Origin: Candidatus Saccharimonadales bacterium
GTDB lineage: Bacteria; Patescibacteriota; Saccharimonadia; Saccharimonadales; OMJO01
Direction: 5' to 3'
DNA length: 45,589 bases
NCBI GenBank assembly: GCA_035480035.1
Contig: DATIID010000005.1
Location: forward strand, 1 to 45,589
Positions 11,024 through 19,728 of the stretch are shown piece after piece. A program made the position numbers and the translations under genes. Each line of letters begins with the position of its first letter. Position 1 is the stretch's first letter. The notes beneath the pieces were generated by a model. It was not told the origin of the DNA, ran no database searches, and saw only the letters and a list, made by a program, of their open reading frames with translations.

Positions 11024-14000
11024 CTAGCTATCAAATAACTGAACGTGGCCTTCTCGGTCAATCTTTATAGTGTCGTCCGGGTCAACGTGGCTATCGTCGC
11101 GGTGAGCAATTGGTTTGTGGAGCGGCTTGTCGGGCTCTTTATCGATGTCGGCTGGCTTCTGAGCGCCACCTAAACTAGCTTCTAGTTGATTAGCTAAAGC
11201 CGAAATTTCTTGGCTACTACCGGCTGTTGACGGTTGGGTTGTTGAAGCCTGAGTGGCTGGATTAGCAGCTGGGTTGAGACTTGGCATTGATAATGAAATC
11301 GGTGGATCTGAGGCAAATGGTGAAGTTGAGGTTCTGGACGCTGGTGCTTGAGCCGATAGATTTGGCGGTAGCGTTGCGGTGGCTGAAGCACTCGGTATGG
11401 CCGGTGCACCAGCCGCGGGACTATTAACAAATGGATTGGTTGGCCCACTTGTAGTATTGGTTGGACTGGCTGGATTCTGGCGACGTTTAGACAGCCACTC
11501 GTCGAGAAATGACGAACCACTCGCTGGCGGCCGTGGCGTAGCTGGCATACCACTGGCCGCGCCGGTTGGTGGTAAGCGATTTGGCCCACTTGGTGCCCCT
11601 GCACCATAGGGTCCGGCGACAGTCTGTGGTGTTCGGGGTTCCTCTTTGGTAGCTAAACGAGCAAAAATTTCCTTTTCGACTTGGGCTTTCGGTCGACCAT
11701 ATTTAGCAGCTGACAACTGCTTCAGGGCATCAGCTAGCTCTGGGTTTGGCGTACCAAGCGGCGGTAGGGTCGCCATACTAAACGGCTGAGTTGGCACCCC
11801 GCCAATCAAAGTTCTAGTAATCGTGTTGTAGTTTGGTACCCGTAATAAGTCTTCGCTGTCAAAGGTTGGCTGAAAGTAGCGCGACAGCGAATCAACGTCC
11901 TGTTGACCAACCCGGAAAGCCACAATTGTACCCATGTTACCGAAGACCGCATCGCGAATTTCTTCAGTTAACTGAGTCGTAAACTGGTTGGCCACAATTA
12001 AGTTTAGTCGGTATTTTCGAGCTTCGGACATGATGGTAGCAAAGCTATCTGTCGAGAAGTTCTGGAACTCGTCGACGTAGAGACAAAAGTCAACCCGCTC
12101 GGATTCCGGAATGGTCGAGCGACTCATGGCGGCAGCTTGGAATTTCATTACGAAAATCATACCCAATAACATCGAGTTCAACTCGCCGGTGCGGCCCTTG
12201 CTTAAGTTAACCAGCAGTATTTTCTTATTGTCCATAATTTCGCGCAGGTTGAACGAGCTCTTGGTCTGACCTATCACATTACGCATCATTTCGTTAGCCA
12301 TAAAAGCACCGAATTTACTGACAAACCAACCCAGCACCTCACTCTTGTGATAGTCGCTGGTACTGGCCATTTCCTTGTTCCAGAAGTCCAACACCATCTG
12401 ATCGGTGACATGAGCCAGCTTTTGCTTGGCGTATTTGTTATCTGTAAAGACTTTGGGTATGTCAATGAACGTGGCACCGTCTGGATCAGCCATGAGCGTT
12501 AATGCGGCCATTCTAAACCAGTGTTCATAGCGCGGACCAATAATGCCTTGATGCGTTGGGTCATACAGCTTATACAGCATGTTAATGGCTTCCTGAATCA
12601 AAAAGTCTTTCTGTTCCGGCGTGTGGAATTCAAACAAGTTCAGACCCATCGGATAGTCCATTTCACCAGGGCTAAAGTAAATTACATCCTCGGTGCGTTC
12701 TCGCGGCACCATCGCCAGTAAGCGGTCGACGGCATCACCGTGCGGATCGACAAAGGCAAAACCGTCACTATTAAGCATGTCCTGCAAGGCCAGATTCTCT
12801 AAGTAAGTTGACTTACCAGTACCAGTCTGGCCGACGACATACATGTGACGTTGTCGGTCGCCCAAGGCTAGCTTAATTGGTTTTTTAACACCTCTAAATA
12901 GGTTGTAGCCGAGTAGCAAACCCTCTTCTGAAATGTTACGCGGCCCATCGACTTGTTTGGAAGCTTGACGTTCCAACTGGCTGGTCGGAATATTGCTTTG
13001 ATCTGGAAAATGAAACAGTGTGGCTAACTCCACCGAGTTAAGCACATTAGATGTGTCTTCTTGGGGGAAAAACCGCAGAATGTAGGCTGTGACGAAACGC
13101 TCAATATCTTTGGCGGCCGTAAACTTAAAGCCGTTTTTACCCGGCGAATCAAACAGCGCAAAGGTCGCTACCACGTTATTTAGGATGGCTTGGGCTTTAG
13201 TTGGCTCATCAGATGAGGCAATTACTCGAATTAGTGTTTCAAAGCCCGGATGGCGCGTCTTAGCGTCAATTGAATCAACAATATTTTGATCAAGTGAGGT
13301 CAGCTCTTTTTTATCACCACCTTTTTCTTCTGGTGGTTTCCATAACGCAAAAAACAGCTGGCTAAACCACCAAAAAGCATGCTGACTGGTGGTTTTTTTC
13401 TTAACACCAGTACGCTTATGCTTGGCTACTTCATGGGCCTGGGTTCGCCAATCACTAGTCGCTGGTCGAATCATAATTTGTATACCGGCGCCGTCATCTT
13501 TATCCAGGCTGGACAAGGCGTTCAAAACCGACTGCATCGAGTCACGTTTCAAATCTTGATAGGTGGCAATCGGATAAGCAAAACTCTCTTTTAGCGTCAG
13601 TTCACCGCCAACTGTGCCATTAATTTTACCGACCGGGCTGAAGATATTGTGCTCTGGCACCTCTTCCATTCTGGCCGCCGGATAAGAACTGACCACCGCT
13701 TGCTTGACGACTTCCACCAAGACTACCGGTACCGCAGCGTAAAAGTTGACCACGCCGTTAGTGCCAACAATTTCAAAGGCAACGTGACGCTGACCATAAA
13801 ATTGACGCTTAAAACCCTTCTCGAAGGTGCTGGCGATGATGCCGTACAGGGTTTCAGCTTTAGAAATCGTTTCTTCAGCCACATCGCGAACATCACGTGT
13901 ACCAATTTCCGTATCTTCGCTAGACGGTGGCAAATGGATTAATAATGGTACCATTTTCAGACCACGCTCGAAGTTCTTTTGCTGGCGGAAAACCGTCCGC

Positions 14001-14077
14001 ACTTGGATAAACACAAAGGGCGCAGCAATTAAGGCTAAGCCAACGAAGGTTCCTAAGACTACAAAGATTACCAACAT
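11024..14077 (-). CDS. TraD/VirD4/FtsK-HerA-like P-loop membrane ATPase with long disordered C-terminal tail
   Basis: 1017 aa with an N-terminal TM helix, Walker A VVGQTGTGKST and Walker B-like LYVDEFQNF. About 200 aa of P/A/S/T/G-rich low complexity lie at the C-terminus. Confidence 0.7.
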   Translation of the reverse strand: MLVIFVVLGTFVGLALIAAPFVFIQVRTVFRQQKNFERGLKMVPLLIHLPPSSEDTEIGTRDVRDVAEETISKAETLYGIIASTFEKGFKRQFYGQRHVAFEIVGTNGVVNFYAAVPVVLVEVVKQAVVSSYPAARMEEVPEHNIFSPVGKINGTVGGELTLKESFAYPIATYQDLKRDSMQSVLNALSSLDKDDGAGIQIMIRPATSDWRTQAHEVAKHKRTGVKKKTTSQHAFWWFSQLFFALWKPPEEKGGDKKELTSLDQNIVDSIDAKTRHPGFETLIRVIASSDEPTKAQAILNNVVATFALFDSPGKNGFKFTAAKDIERFVTAYILRFFPQEDTSNVLNSVELATLFHFPDQSNIPTSQLERQASKQVDGPRNISEEGLLLGYNLFRGVKKPIKLALGDRQRHMYVVGQTGTGKSTYLENLALQDMLNSDGFAFVDPHGDAVDRLLAMVPRERTEDVIYFSPGEMDYPMGLNLFEFHTPEQKDFLIQEAINMLYKLYDPTHQGIIGPRYEHWFRMAALTLMADPDGATFIDIPKVFTDNKYAKQKLAHVTDQMVLDFWNKEMASTSDYHKSEVLGWFVSKFGAFMANEMMRNVIGQTKSSFNLREIMDNKKILLVNLSKGRTGELNSMLLGMIFVMKFQAAAMSRSTIPESERVDFCLYVDEFQNFSTDSFATIMSEARKYRLNLIVANQFTTQLTEEIRDAVFGNMGTIVAFRVGQQDVDSLSRYFQPTFDSEDLLRVPNYNTITRTLIGGVPTQPFSMATLPPLGTPNPELADALKQLSAAKYGRPKAQVEKEIFARLATKEEPRTPQTVAGPYGAGAPSGPNRLPPTGAASGMPATPRPPASGSSFLDEWLSKRRQNPASPTNTTSGPTNPFVNSPAAGAPAIPSASATATLPPNLSAQAPASRTSTSPFASDPPISLSMPSLNPAANPATQASTTQPSTAGSSQEISALANQLEASLGGAQKPADIDKEPDKPLHKPIAHRDDSHVDPDDTIKIDREGHVQLFDS

Positions 14078-14081
14078 CTAA

Positions 14082-14552
14082 TTACCCTTCCGCTGAATCG
14101 GTTGCGGTTTTAATATCCTTATTGAAACGCTTCTTAATGTATTCAGCTTTGTAGCGGCCAATTTCTTGATTCTGGACACGTGGATCAGCTTTGGTACTTT
14201 CAACGATTCGTTTAGCCCTTTCAACCCATTCTTTTTCGATTAAATCATTGTCGTCGGCCATAGTTGGCGTCGATGAAACGGGGGTGGTTGGAGCATTGGC
14301 TATCGGTGTCATTGGTGTATCAATGGGCGTTGAATCGGCTGTCAAATCAAATGGTGTAGCGATGTTTAACTGGTTAGTTGGTTGAGTAATTATCGGTTGA
14401 GTAATTGACGAACCGTGCTCAACAGACTTAGCACCACCCAGTTCCGATATAATGTCGTCAACATTAGCGCTTTCCACTTTATAAGGTACCGACTCACTCT
14501 GTGGTTCCGGCAAATTCAAAGCTTCGCCTGGTGAATTCAAACTGTCACTCAT
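14082..14552 (-). CDS. hypothetical protein, 156 aa, upstream partner of the ATPase
   Basis: The stop lies 4 nt before the ATPase start. A P/T-rich middle is followed by a charged helical C-terminus. Confidence 0.55.
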   Translation of the reverse strand: MSDSLNSPGEALNLPEPQSESVPYKVESANVDDIISELGGAKSVEHGSSITQPIITQPTNQLNIATPFDLTADSTPIDTPMTPIANAPTTPVSSTPTMADDNDLIEKEWVERAKRIVESTKADPRVQNQEIGRYKAEYIKKRFNKDIKTATDSAEG

Positions 14553-14644
14553 ACTAAAACCAAGTATAGCAGAAGCAATTTCGCTTAAACAGAGGTAAAT
14601 CTAAGTATTATTAAACCTTTTTACGACCTCTATAAATTACTAAT

Positions 14645-14983
14645 TTAGCGTATAAAATCAGCCCGTGACAGGTAAAAAGTAGTGACTCCGATCAAGCTGC
14701 CGACAATCAAGACATCGCGAAAAGTTAATTGATGAATTGATTGAAAAACTAACAATAATACTGGCGCACTAGCGCCCGCTGCCGAAATTAACATCTTTTT
14801 GCGCCAACTAATTGGTTTTAGAATTAATCTAAGGCTCGTGTAACAGATGATAAATAGCAACATAAACGGCACAATTAATAGTGGTAATGGCAAATGATCA
14901 GGATTAGTAAACATAATAAACAGCGGTAAACTGAGGTAAATGAGTAAAATGTATAACTTTCGCCGGTGCTTTTCGAGGTTCAT
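14645..14983 (-). CDS. small integral membrane protein, 112 aa
   Basis: Three or four hydrophobic helices. The ATG lies 9 nt after a TATCAT box. Confidence 0.55.
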   Translation of the reverse strand: MNLEKHRRKLYILLIYLSLPLFIMFTNPDHLPLPLLIVPFMLLFIICYTSLRLILKPISWRKKMLISAAGASAPVLLLVFQSIHQLTFRDVLIVGSLIGVTTFYLSRADFIR

Positions 14984-15007
14984 ATCAAGCTTATGATAGC
15001 CAATTTC

Positions 15008-15205
15008 AATAAATTAAAATAGTACTGCGAGTCGAGCAGTACTACTGTTATTTAATTAATTAAGGAGCAAGGACAGTAAATCCGCTCAATAATTCAATAA
15101 ATAGCGCTTACTGTCCATTGCTATGACTGACCGCTCGAATTGCCTTTAGGGCAAAGGGAGCGAAATTTTGTTTTGATTATGGATAACTTTTTGTTTTCAT
15201 AATAC
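15008..15205 (-). ncRNA. candidate structured sRNA (~200 nt), unknown class
   Basis: Minus strand has TTGACA (15235-15240), 17 nt, TAAATT (15212-15217). Internal 9-bp stem pairs 15071-15079 with 15108-15116. Nested stems pair 15132-15136 with 15158-15162 and 15140-15144 with 15150-15154. An 8-bp terminator hairpin at 15021-15043 is followed by AUUUUAAUUU. Confidence 0.35.
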
Positions 15206-15830
15206 GGTTTAAATTTACTCTTTTTTAGCGAGTTTGTCAATAATTTTCGATGTCTATTTATCTACAATACACCTATAGTTAAAAAATTTAAGATAAGCTC
15301 AAGCAATATTTTTTGTTGTAATTATTAAATGAACAAATTGTGTTTAATTAGTTATAGGCATTAACTAATACGAATACTGTGAACTATTTTAGACTTCCTA
15401 GCCTATTTATTGCTTTAAAAAACTGCATGTATAAATTTTCTATCCGCATTTTAAATGTATGAAATTCAGTTAAGTTTTGTTACTTGTAATAGATTTTGAT
15501 TAATTGCTGGGTTGGCACTTCGACTTAACTATTACAATACAACTGCAACACAACTCAGGCTAAATAATTAGTTAATTTGGCCGTTAATTGGTTTTTGTGG
15601 GTTCTTAATCAACCTTTGCCAATTTAAACGCTCAAAGCGGCTGATTTTAGGCCGGGTCTAAACCATTGAGTTTTTAATTTATGCAAAGTCCAACCGGCAC
15701 ATGCTTTTTTATAAAAATAGGTTCATTAATTTCAAGCATTTTGTTAACTTTAGGGCTCTAAAACTATATCTTTGGGCCAAAGTTACAAGTGAAGTTATGC
15801 ACAGGCCTAAATAATTTAAACATAGATGTA

Positions 15831-16029
15831 TTGACAGCTAAAAATGTACTGTCTATTATAAGGATAAGCACTGAACAAAATAAGTGCTCAAAAACAAAAA
15901 CGCATCTGTAACAACGGCTTCTCGCAAGCCGTTGTTCCACAAAAATAATTAAAACCAAGATCTCAAAAACTAAATAAAAACTCCGTCTGAAACAACCCGC
16001 ACCAAATCAAAAGCGGGTTGTTTTAATTT
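15831..16029 (+). ncRNA. candidate sRNA or comM leader (~165 nt) with its promoter
   Basis: TTGACA (15831-15836), 17 nt, TATTAT (15854-15859). An 11-bp perfect hairpin spans 15910-15936. A 10-bp hairpin at 15991-16022 is followed by a T-rich run (intrinsic terminator). Confidence 0.35.
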
Positions 16030-16094
16030 ATAAAGTCGTTCAATAGTTAATGGTTGTGCTTGCCGGATTTTTGTGGAGTATAATTTCGGCCATT

Positions 16095-17609
16095 ATGAGC
16101 CAGACGGTCAAAAGCATCGTGGAGTATGGCAGCTCCGGTGTGGTGGTGGACGTTGAATGTCACTTGACCAATAGCCTGCCAATCGTGGTGATTGTTGGGC
16201 TTGGAACTAAGGCAGTTGATGAATCCAAAGAACGTGTCCGCAGTGCTTTTGCAAGTAGTGATCTGAGTCTACCCCGTAAACGCATAACTATTAACCTGGC
16301 GCCAGCTGATTTACCGAAGGATAGCTCCAGTTTCGACCTGGCGATTGCCACGGCTATACTAGTGGCCAGTGATCAGGTTAAAAATCTAGCTATTGATAAG
16401 TCAATAATTATTGGTGAGCTTGGCTTAGATGGTACTGTTCGCGGAGTTAGAGGTGTTATTGGCAAGATTTTGGCTGGCCGTGAGCTGGGCTTTAAGAGAT
16501 TTTATGTGCCGTTAGCTAACTTAGCTCAGGCTATGTTAGTGCCAGAGGTAACAATCGTTGCGGTGCCCAGTCTGCGTGATTTATATCTTGACTTAACAGA
16601 TACAGTAAAACTTAAACAGCGCGTTTCAGGCAATGTCAAAATCAATCATCACCAGCTACACGACAATGATTTCAGTGAAGTCGTTGGTCAAGGTATGGCC
16701 AAACGAGCCCTGGAGATTGCCGCGGCCGGCGGCCATAACATCTTGCTAAATGGTCCACCGGGCACTGGTAAGAGCATGCTAGCCAAGGCGCTGCCGTCGA
16801 TATTACCGGAGTTATCTAATGAAGAAATCCTGGAAGTCACCCATCTGCACAGTCTTGGTTCGCGTAATTACGAGAAGATTATCACTGCTCGCCCGTTTCG
16901 CGCGCCGCACCACAGCGCGTCTAATGTTTCAATTGTAGGTGGCGGCAGTCATCCCAAACCTGGTGAAGTCAGTTTGAGCCATCACGGCGTGTTGTTCTTT
17001 GACGAGTTACCGGAGTTCACCAAACAGACGCTGGAAGCATTGAGACAGCCATTGGAAGACCGTTTTATTACAGTGGCCCGGGCTCAGGACAGTCTGACTT
17101 TTCCAGCCAGTTTCATCTTTGTGGCGACGGCTAACCCCTGTCCCTGCGGTTACTTTGGCACATCGAAGGCTTGCGTTTGCCTACCGACGCAAATTATCAA
17201 GTATCAGCATAAATTGTCTGGTCCGATTTTGGATAGGATTGATCTTTATGTGAATGTTGATGAGGTGGAGCACGCCAAATTGCTCGACAAAAACCAAGCA
17301 GAACCTAGTTCGAATATCAGACAGCGTGTGGTGGCCGCCAAACAGCGTCAGACAGCGCGTTATGATTCAAAGCTGAAGTCCAATGCCAATCTAACCAACC
17401 GGGATATCAAGAAATCCGTTAATTTGGCCGATAATGCCAAACAACTGCTCGATCAAGCGGCCGCCAAGCTGGATATTTCCGCTCGAAGCTACATTCGCGT
17501 AGTCAAAGTCGCCCGCACTATCGCTGATCTGGACAACAGCAACGAGATTAACACCAACCACATCACTGAAGCCCTGCAATACCGCCGCCCCATCACCACA
17601 ATTATTTAA
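16095..17609 (+). CDS. comM: YifB/ComM family Mg-chelatase-like AAA+ ATPase
   Basis: N-terminal Lon-protease-like domain, Walker A GPPGTGKSM, Walker B GVLFFDELPEF and a C-terminal ChlI-like domain. I prefer the ATG at 16095 (MSQTVK) over the track start at 16050. TATAAT at 16079-16084 lies 10 nt upstream. Confidence 0.85.
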   Translation: MSQTVKSIVEYGSSGVVVDVECHLTNSLPIVVIVGLGTKAVDESKERVRSAFASSDLSLPRKRITINLAPADLPKDSSSFDLAIATAILVASDQVKNLAIDKSIIIGELGLDGTVRGVRGVIGKILAGRELGFKRFYVPLANLAQAMLVPEVTIVAVPSLRDLYLDLTDTVKLKQRVSGNVKINHHQLHDNDFSEVVGQGMAKRALEIAAAGGHNILLNGPPGTGKSMLAKALPSILPELSNEEILEVTHLHSLGSRNYEKIITARPFRAPHHSASNVSIVGGGSHPKPGEVSLSHHGVLFFDELPEFTKQTLEALRQPLEDRFITVARAQDSLTFPASFIFVATANPCPCGYFGTSKACVCLPTQIIKYQHKLSGPILDRIDLYVNVDEVEHAKLLDKNQAEPSSNIRQRVVAAKQRQTARYDSKLKSNANLTNRDIKKSVNLADNAKQLLDQAAAKLDISARSYIRVVKVARTIADLDNSNEINTNHITEALQYRRPITTII

Positions 17610-17615
17610 TGTTCG

Positions 17616-18047
17616 TTATCGATTAAAAATTATTAAAAGTAACCAAACCATAAGTATTATTCCAAGAGTGGTAATAAAGATCGTAGTGAGCGGATTAAAC
17701 TTATTGCCTTGTGACTTTTTTAAAGGTTTTGTACTGACTTTTATCTGAGCTAATGTAACCACAGAGCCCAAAAATAGAACGAAAAATAGCCATAAGATTG
17801 GCTCGCTAAAGGCTAATAGTAGCGTATAAAGTGCAAATATCGTTCTGGTAGTGACAAAATATACGTATGTCAGTTCTTGAAGTGTCTCTTTTAGAGTTTG
17901 TCGAATAAAAAGCGCTAGAATCACAGCGTCAGCAACAGCAAGAATTGAAATTATTGCTAAAAATGGCCCCCAAAAGTACGGAATAGCCAACAGATCGCCC
18001 AAAATATTTAAAGCGATAAACCCAATAGCAAGTTGTTTCTTATCCAT
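17616..18047 (-). CDS. integral membrane protein, 143 aa
   Basis: Four hydrophobic helices. No family recognised. Confidence 0.55.
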   Translation of the reverse strand: MDKKQLAIGFIALNILGDLLAIPYFWGPFLAIISILAVADAVILALFIRQTLKETLQELTYVYFVTTRTIFALYTLLLAFSEPILWLFFVLFLGSVVTLAQIKVSTKPLKKSQGNKFNPLTTIFITTLGIILMVWLLLIIFNR

Positions 18048-18066
18048 TTGTTAATTAGTATAGCAA

Positions 18067-18104
18067 TTCTTATGCTTGCATAAGTTGTGACATATACTTA
18101 TATT
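18067..18104 (+). promoter_or_regulatory. promoter module, variant copy F
   Basis: TTCTTATGC-TTGCAT (18076-18081), 17 nt, TATATT (18099-18104), then 14 nt to the ATG. Confidence 0.5.
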
Positions 18105-18118
18105 TCAAGAACTAGATT

Positions 18119-18502
18119 ATGAGCAATGCCGAATTACCATCTCCAAGAGTTTTATTATTTCACCCCAATGAAAGAACTTTAAATATGGCATACAAAGGTA
18201 GCCAATTAGCAGGATGGCAGTCTCTGCCATATGATGATCCTCGTCTAGCTTTTGAAGAGTTAGATGAAAATATAAACGCACTTGTTGCAGGCATGCCTAA
18301 TTTGAGATCCATGGGCGAAAGAGCTGCAGTAGAGCCATTATTTTATAAATCTACTGAGTTGGATATTCCGCGAGCAATAGTGTCGTCATCTCGAGATGCA
18401 AATACATTTGTTCGCGACGGCTCACTTGACATAGTTATACCTACTTCATCAGTAAGGTCCGGTGTAACAAAATGGTTACTCGATTTAGCAGCTAATCAAT
18501 AA
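18119..18502 (+). CDS. hypothetical protein, 127 aa
   Basis: ORF with ATG start and no Shine-Dalgarno. The N-terminus RVLLFHPNERT faintly resembles a degenerate receiver domain (weak). Confidence 0.5.
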   Translation: MSNAELPSPRVLLFHPNERTLNMAYKGSQLAGWQSLPYDDPRLAFEELDENINALVAGMPNLRSMGERAAVEPLFYKSTELDIPRAIVSSSRDANTFVRDGSLDIVIPTSSVRSGVTKWLLDLAANQ

Positions 18503-18580
18503 ATAATTATCATTGACCCCTGTTTACTTATCTGTTAAACTGCTTAGCAATCCGTTAAAAGAGTTAAGGAGTATTTTTTT

Positions 18581-19147
18581 ATCAATAAGAGTACCCGTGT
18601 AAATGGGGCGATTCGAGCTAATAACCTGCGGGTTATTGACGAGGATGGGCAGCAATTGGGCGTATTATCCAGAAGCGATGCCCTGCGAATGGCTGAAGAA
18701 CATGGACTCGATTTGGTAGAAATTTCACCAACTGCCGACCCGCCGGTGGCTAAAATCATCGACTGGGGCAAGTTTAATTATCAACGGACCAAGCAACTTC
18801 AAAAGAACAAACGCCACGCCAAAACCTTAGAGGTTAAGCAAATGCGGTTCGGTTTGAAGATTGGCGATCACGATATAGAAGTTAAGAATAATAAGATTCG
18901 TGGCTTCTTAGAGGATGGTCATAAAGTCAAAATTACGGTATTCTATCGGGGGCGCGAAATGGCCCATAGAGATCTAGGTTTTGTACTAGCCAATAGAATT
19001 ATCGAGAGTTTCGGCGATAGCATCGCGGTTGATCAAGAACCCCAGCTGGCCGGCAAACAACTAATTTTTGTAATAAGGAGTAGCAGTAGTCATCATGCCC
19101 AAGCTAAAGACCCACAGCGGGACGAAGAAACGAGTCCGGATCACTAA
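18581..19147 (+). CDS. infC: translation initiation factor IF-3, non-canonical AUC start
   Basis: IF-3 N-domain sequence INKSTRVNGAIRANNLRVIDEDGQQLGV continues upstream of the track start. No ATG/GTG/TTG occurs between the in-frame stop at 18545 and 18656. AAGGAG (18566-18571) lies 9 nt before ATC at 18581. Confidence 0.8.
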   Translation: MNKSTRVNGAIRANNLRVIDEDGQQLGVLSRSDALRMAEEHGLDLVEISPTADPPVAKIIDWGKFNYQRTKQLQKNKRHAKTLEVKQMRFGLKIGDHDIEVKNNKIRGFLEDGHKVKITVFYRGREMAHRDLGFVLANRIIESFGDSIAVDQEPQLAGKQLIFVIRSSSSHHAQAKDPQRDEETSPDH

Positions 19148-19289
19148 GAACGGCAAGGTTTTGCATGGTCACGCTACAGCCAACCACTTTTTACAGAAGA
19201 AAAGTGCGGCTAGAAAGCGCCGCTTTGCGATAGATGGCCAAATTACTGGCAAGAGCGCCAAGAATATCAAGTTGAATTTAGGTAAATAA
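19095..19289 (+). CDS. rpmI: 50S ribosomal protein L35
   Basis: [21 protein letters not shown] signature, in the classic infC-rpmI-rplT order. Confidence 0.92.
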   Translation: MPKLKTHSGTKKRVRITKNGKVLHGHATANHFLQKKSAARKRRFAIDGQITGKSAKNIKLNLGK

Positions 19290-19291
19290 TT

Positions 19292-19636
19292 ATGAGAGTT
19301 AAAGGCGGAGTCGCGGCGCACCAGCGCCATCACAAAATTCGTAAAGCCACCAAGGGCTTTAGTCACGGTAACCGGGTTAGCGTACGCCGTGGTAAGCAAG
19401 CTGTTACCAAGTCCCTACAATACGCCTACCGCGATAGACGCAATAAAAAGCGTACTTTTCGCCAGCTTTGGAATATTCGTATTAACGCTGCCGCACGCCT
19501 GCACGGCACAACTTATTCTAAGTTAATCGCCAGCCTGAAAAAGGCTAATATTACTCTGGACCGTAAGATCTTGGCCGAGCTGGCCGTCAACGAACCGGCC
19601 GCTTTTGAAGCCGTCGTCAAAGCCACCAAGAAGTAA
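19292..19636 (+). CDS. rplT: 50S ribosomal protein L20
   Basis: [15 protein letters not shown] and [24 protein letters not shown] signatures. Confidence 0.95.
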   Translation: MRVKGGVAAHQRHHKIRKATKGFSHGNRVSVRRGKQAVTKSLQYAYRDRRNKKRTFRQLWNIRINAAARLHGTTYSKLIASLKKANITLDRKILAELAVNEPAAFEAVVKATKK

Positions 19637-19666
19637 ATAGTTCTTTTTAAAAGCCTGGACAATTCC

Positions 19667-19705
19667 GTACTCATGCTTGCGTTTTGAGCACTGAGGTTGT
19701 TTACT
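19667..19705 (+). promoter_or_regulatory. promoter module, variant copy G (weak -10)
   Basis: GTACTCATGC-TTGCGT (19677-19682), 17 nt, TTTACT. AAGGAG Shine-Dalgarno lies 8 nt before the ATG at 19729. Confidence 0.35.
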
Positions 19706-19728
19706 AAAAATATAAAGGAGACTCAATT

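Noticed and set aside
11194-11609. 137-aa and 76-aa ORFs inside the ATPase gene
   Set aside because: They are alternative-frame or antisense readings of the low-complexity P/A/S/T tail. The composition is typical of shadow ORFs.
15764-15958. 64-aa minus-strand ORF in the AT-rich gap
   Set aside because: It overlaps the consensus plus-strand promoter and the 11-bp hairpin. Its composition is Phe/Ile/Cys-rich and low-complexity, and it has no RBS or promoter, so it is likely spurious.
14984-16094. Replication origin (oriC) in the AT-rich gap
   Set aside because: Only 1-2-mismatch DnaA-box-like 9-mers occur, with no perfect TTATCCACA cluster. dnaA/dnaN are not adjacent and no AT-rich 13-mer repeats are obvious. 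I keep it as a minor alternative under the gap finding, not as a call.
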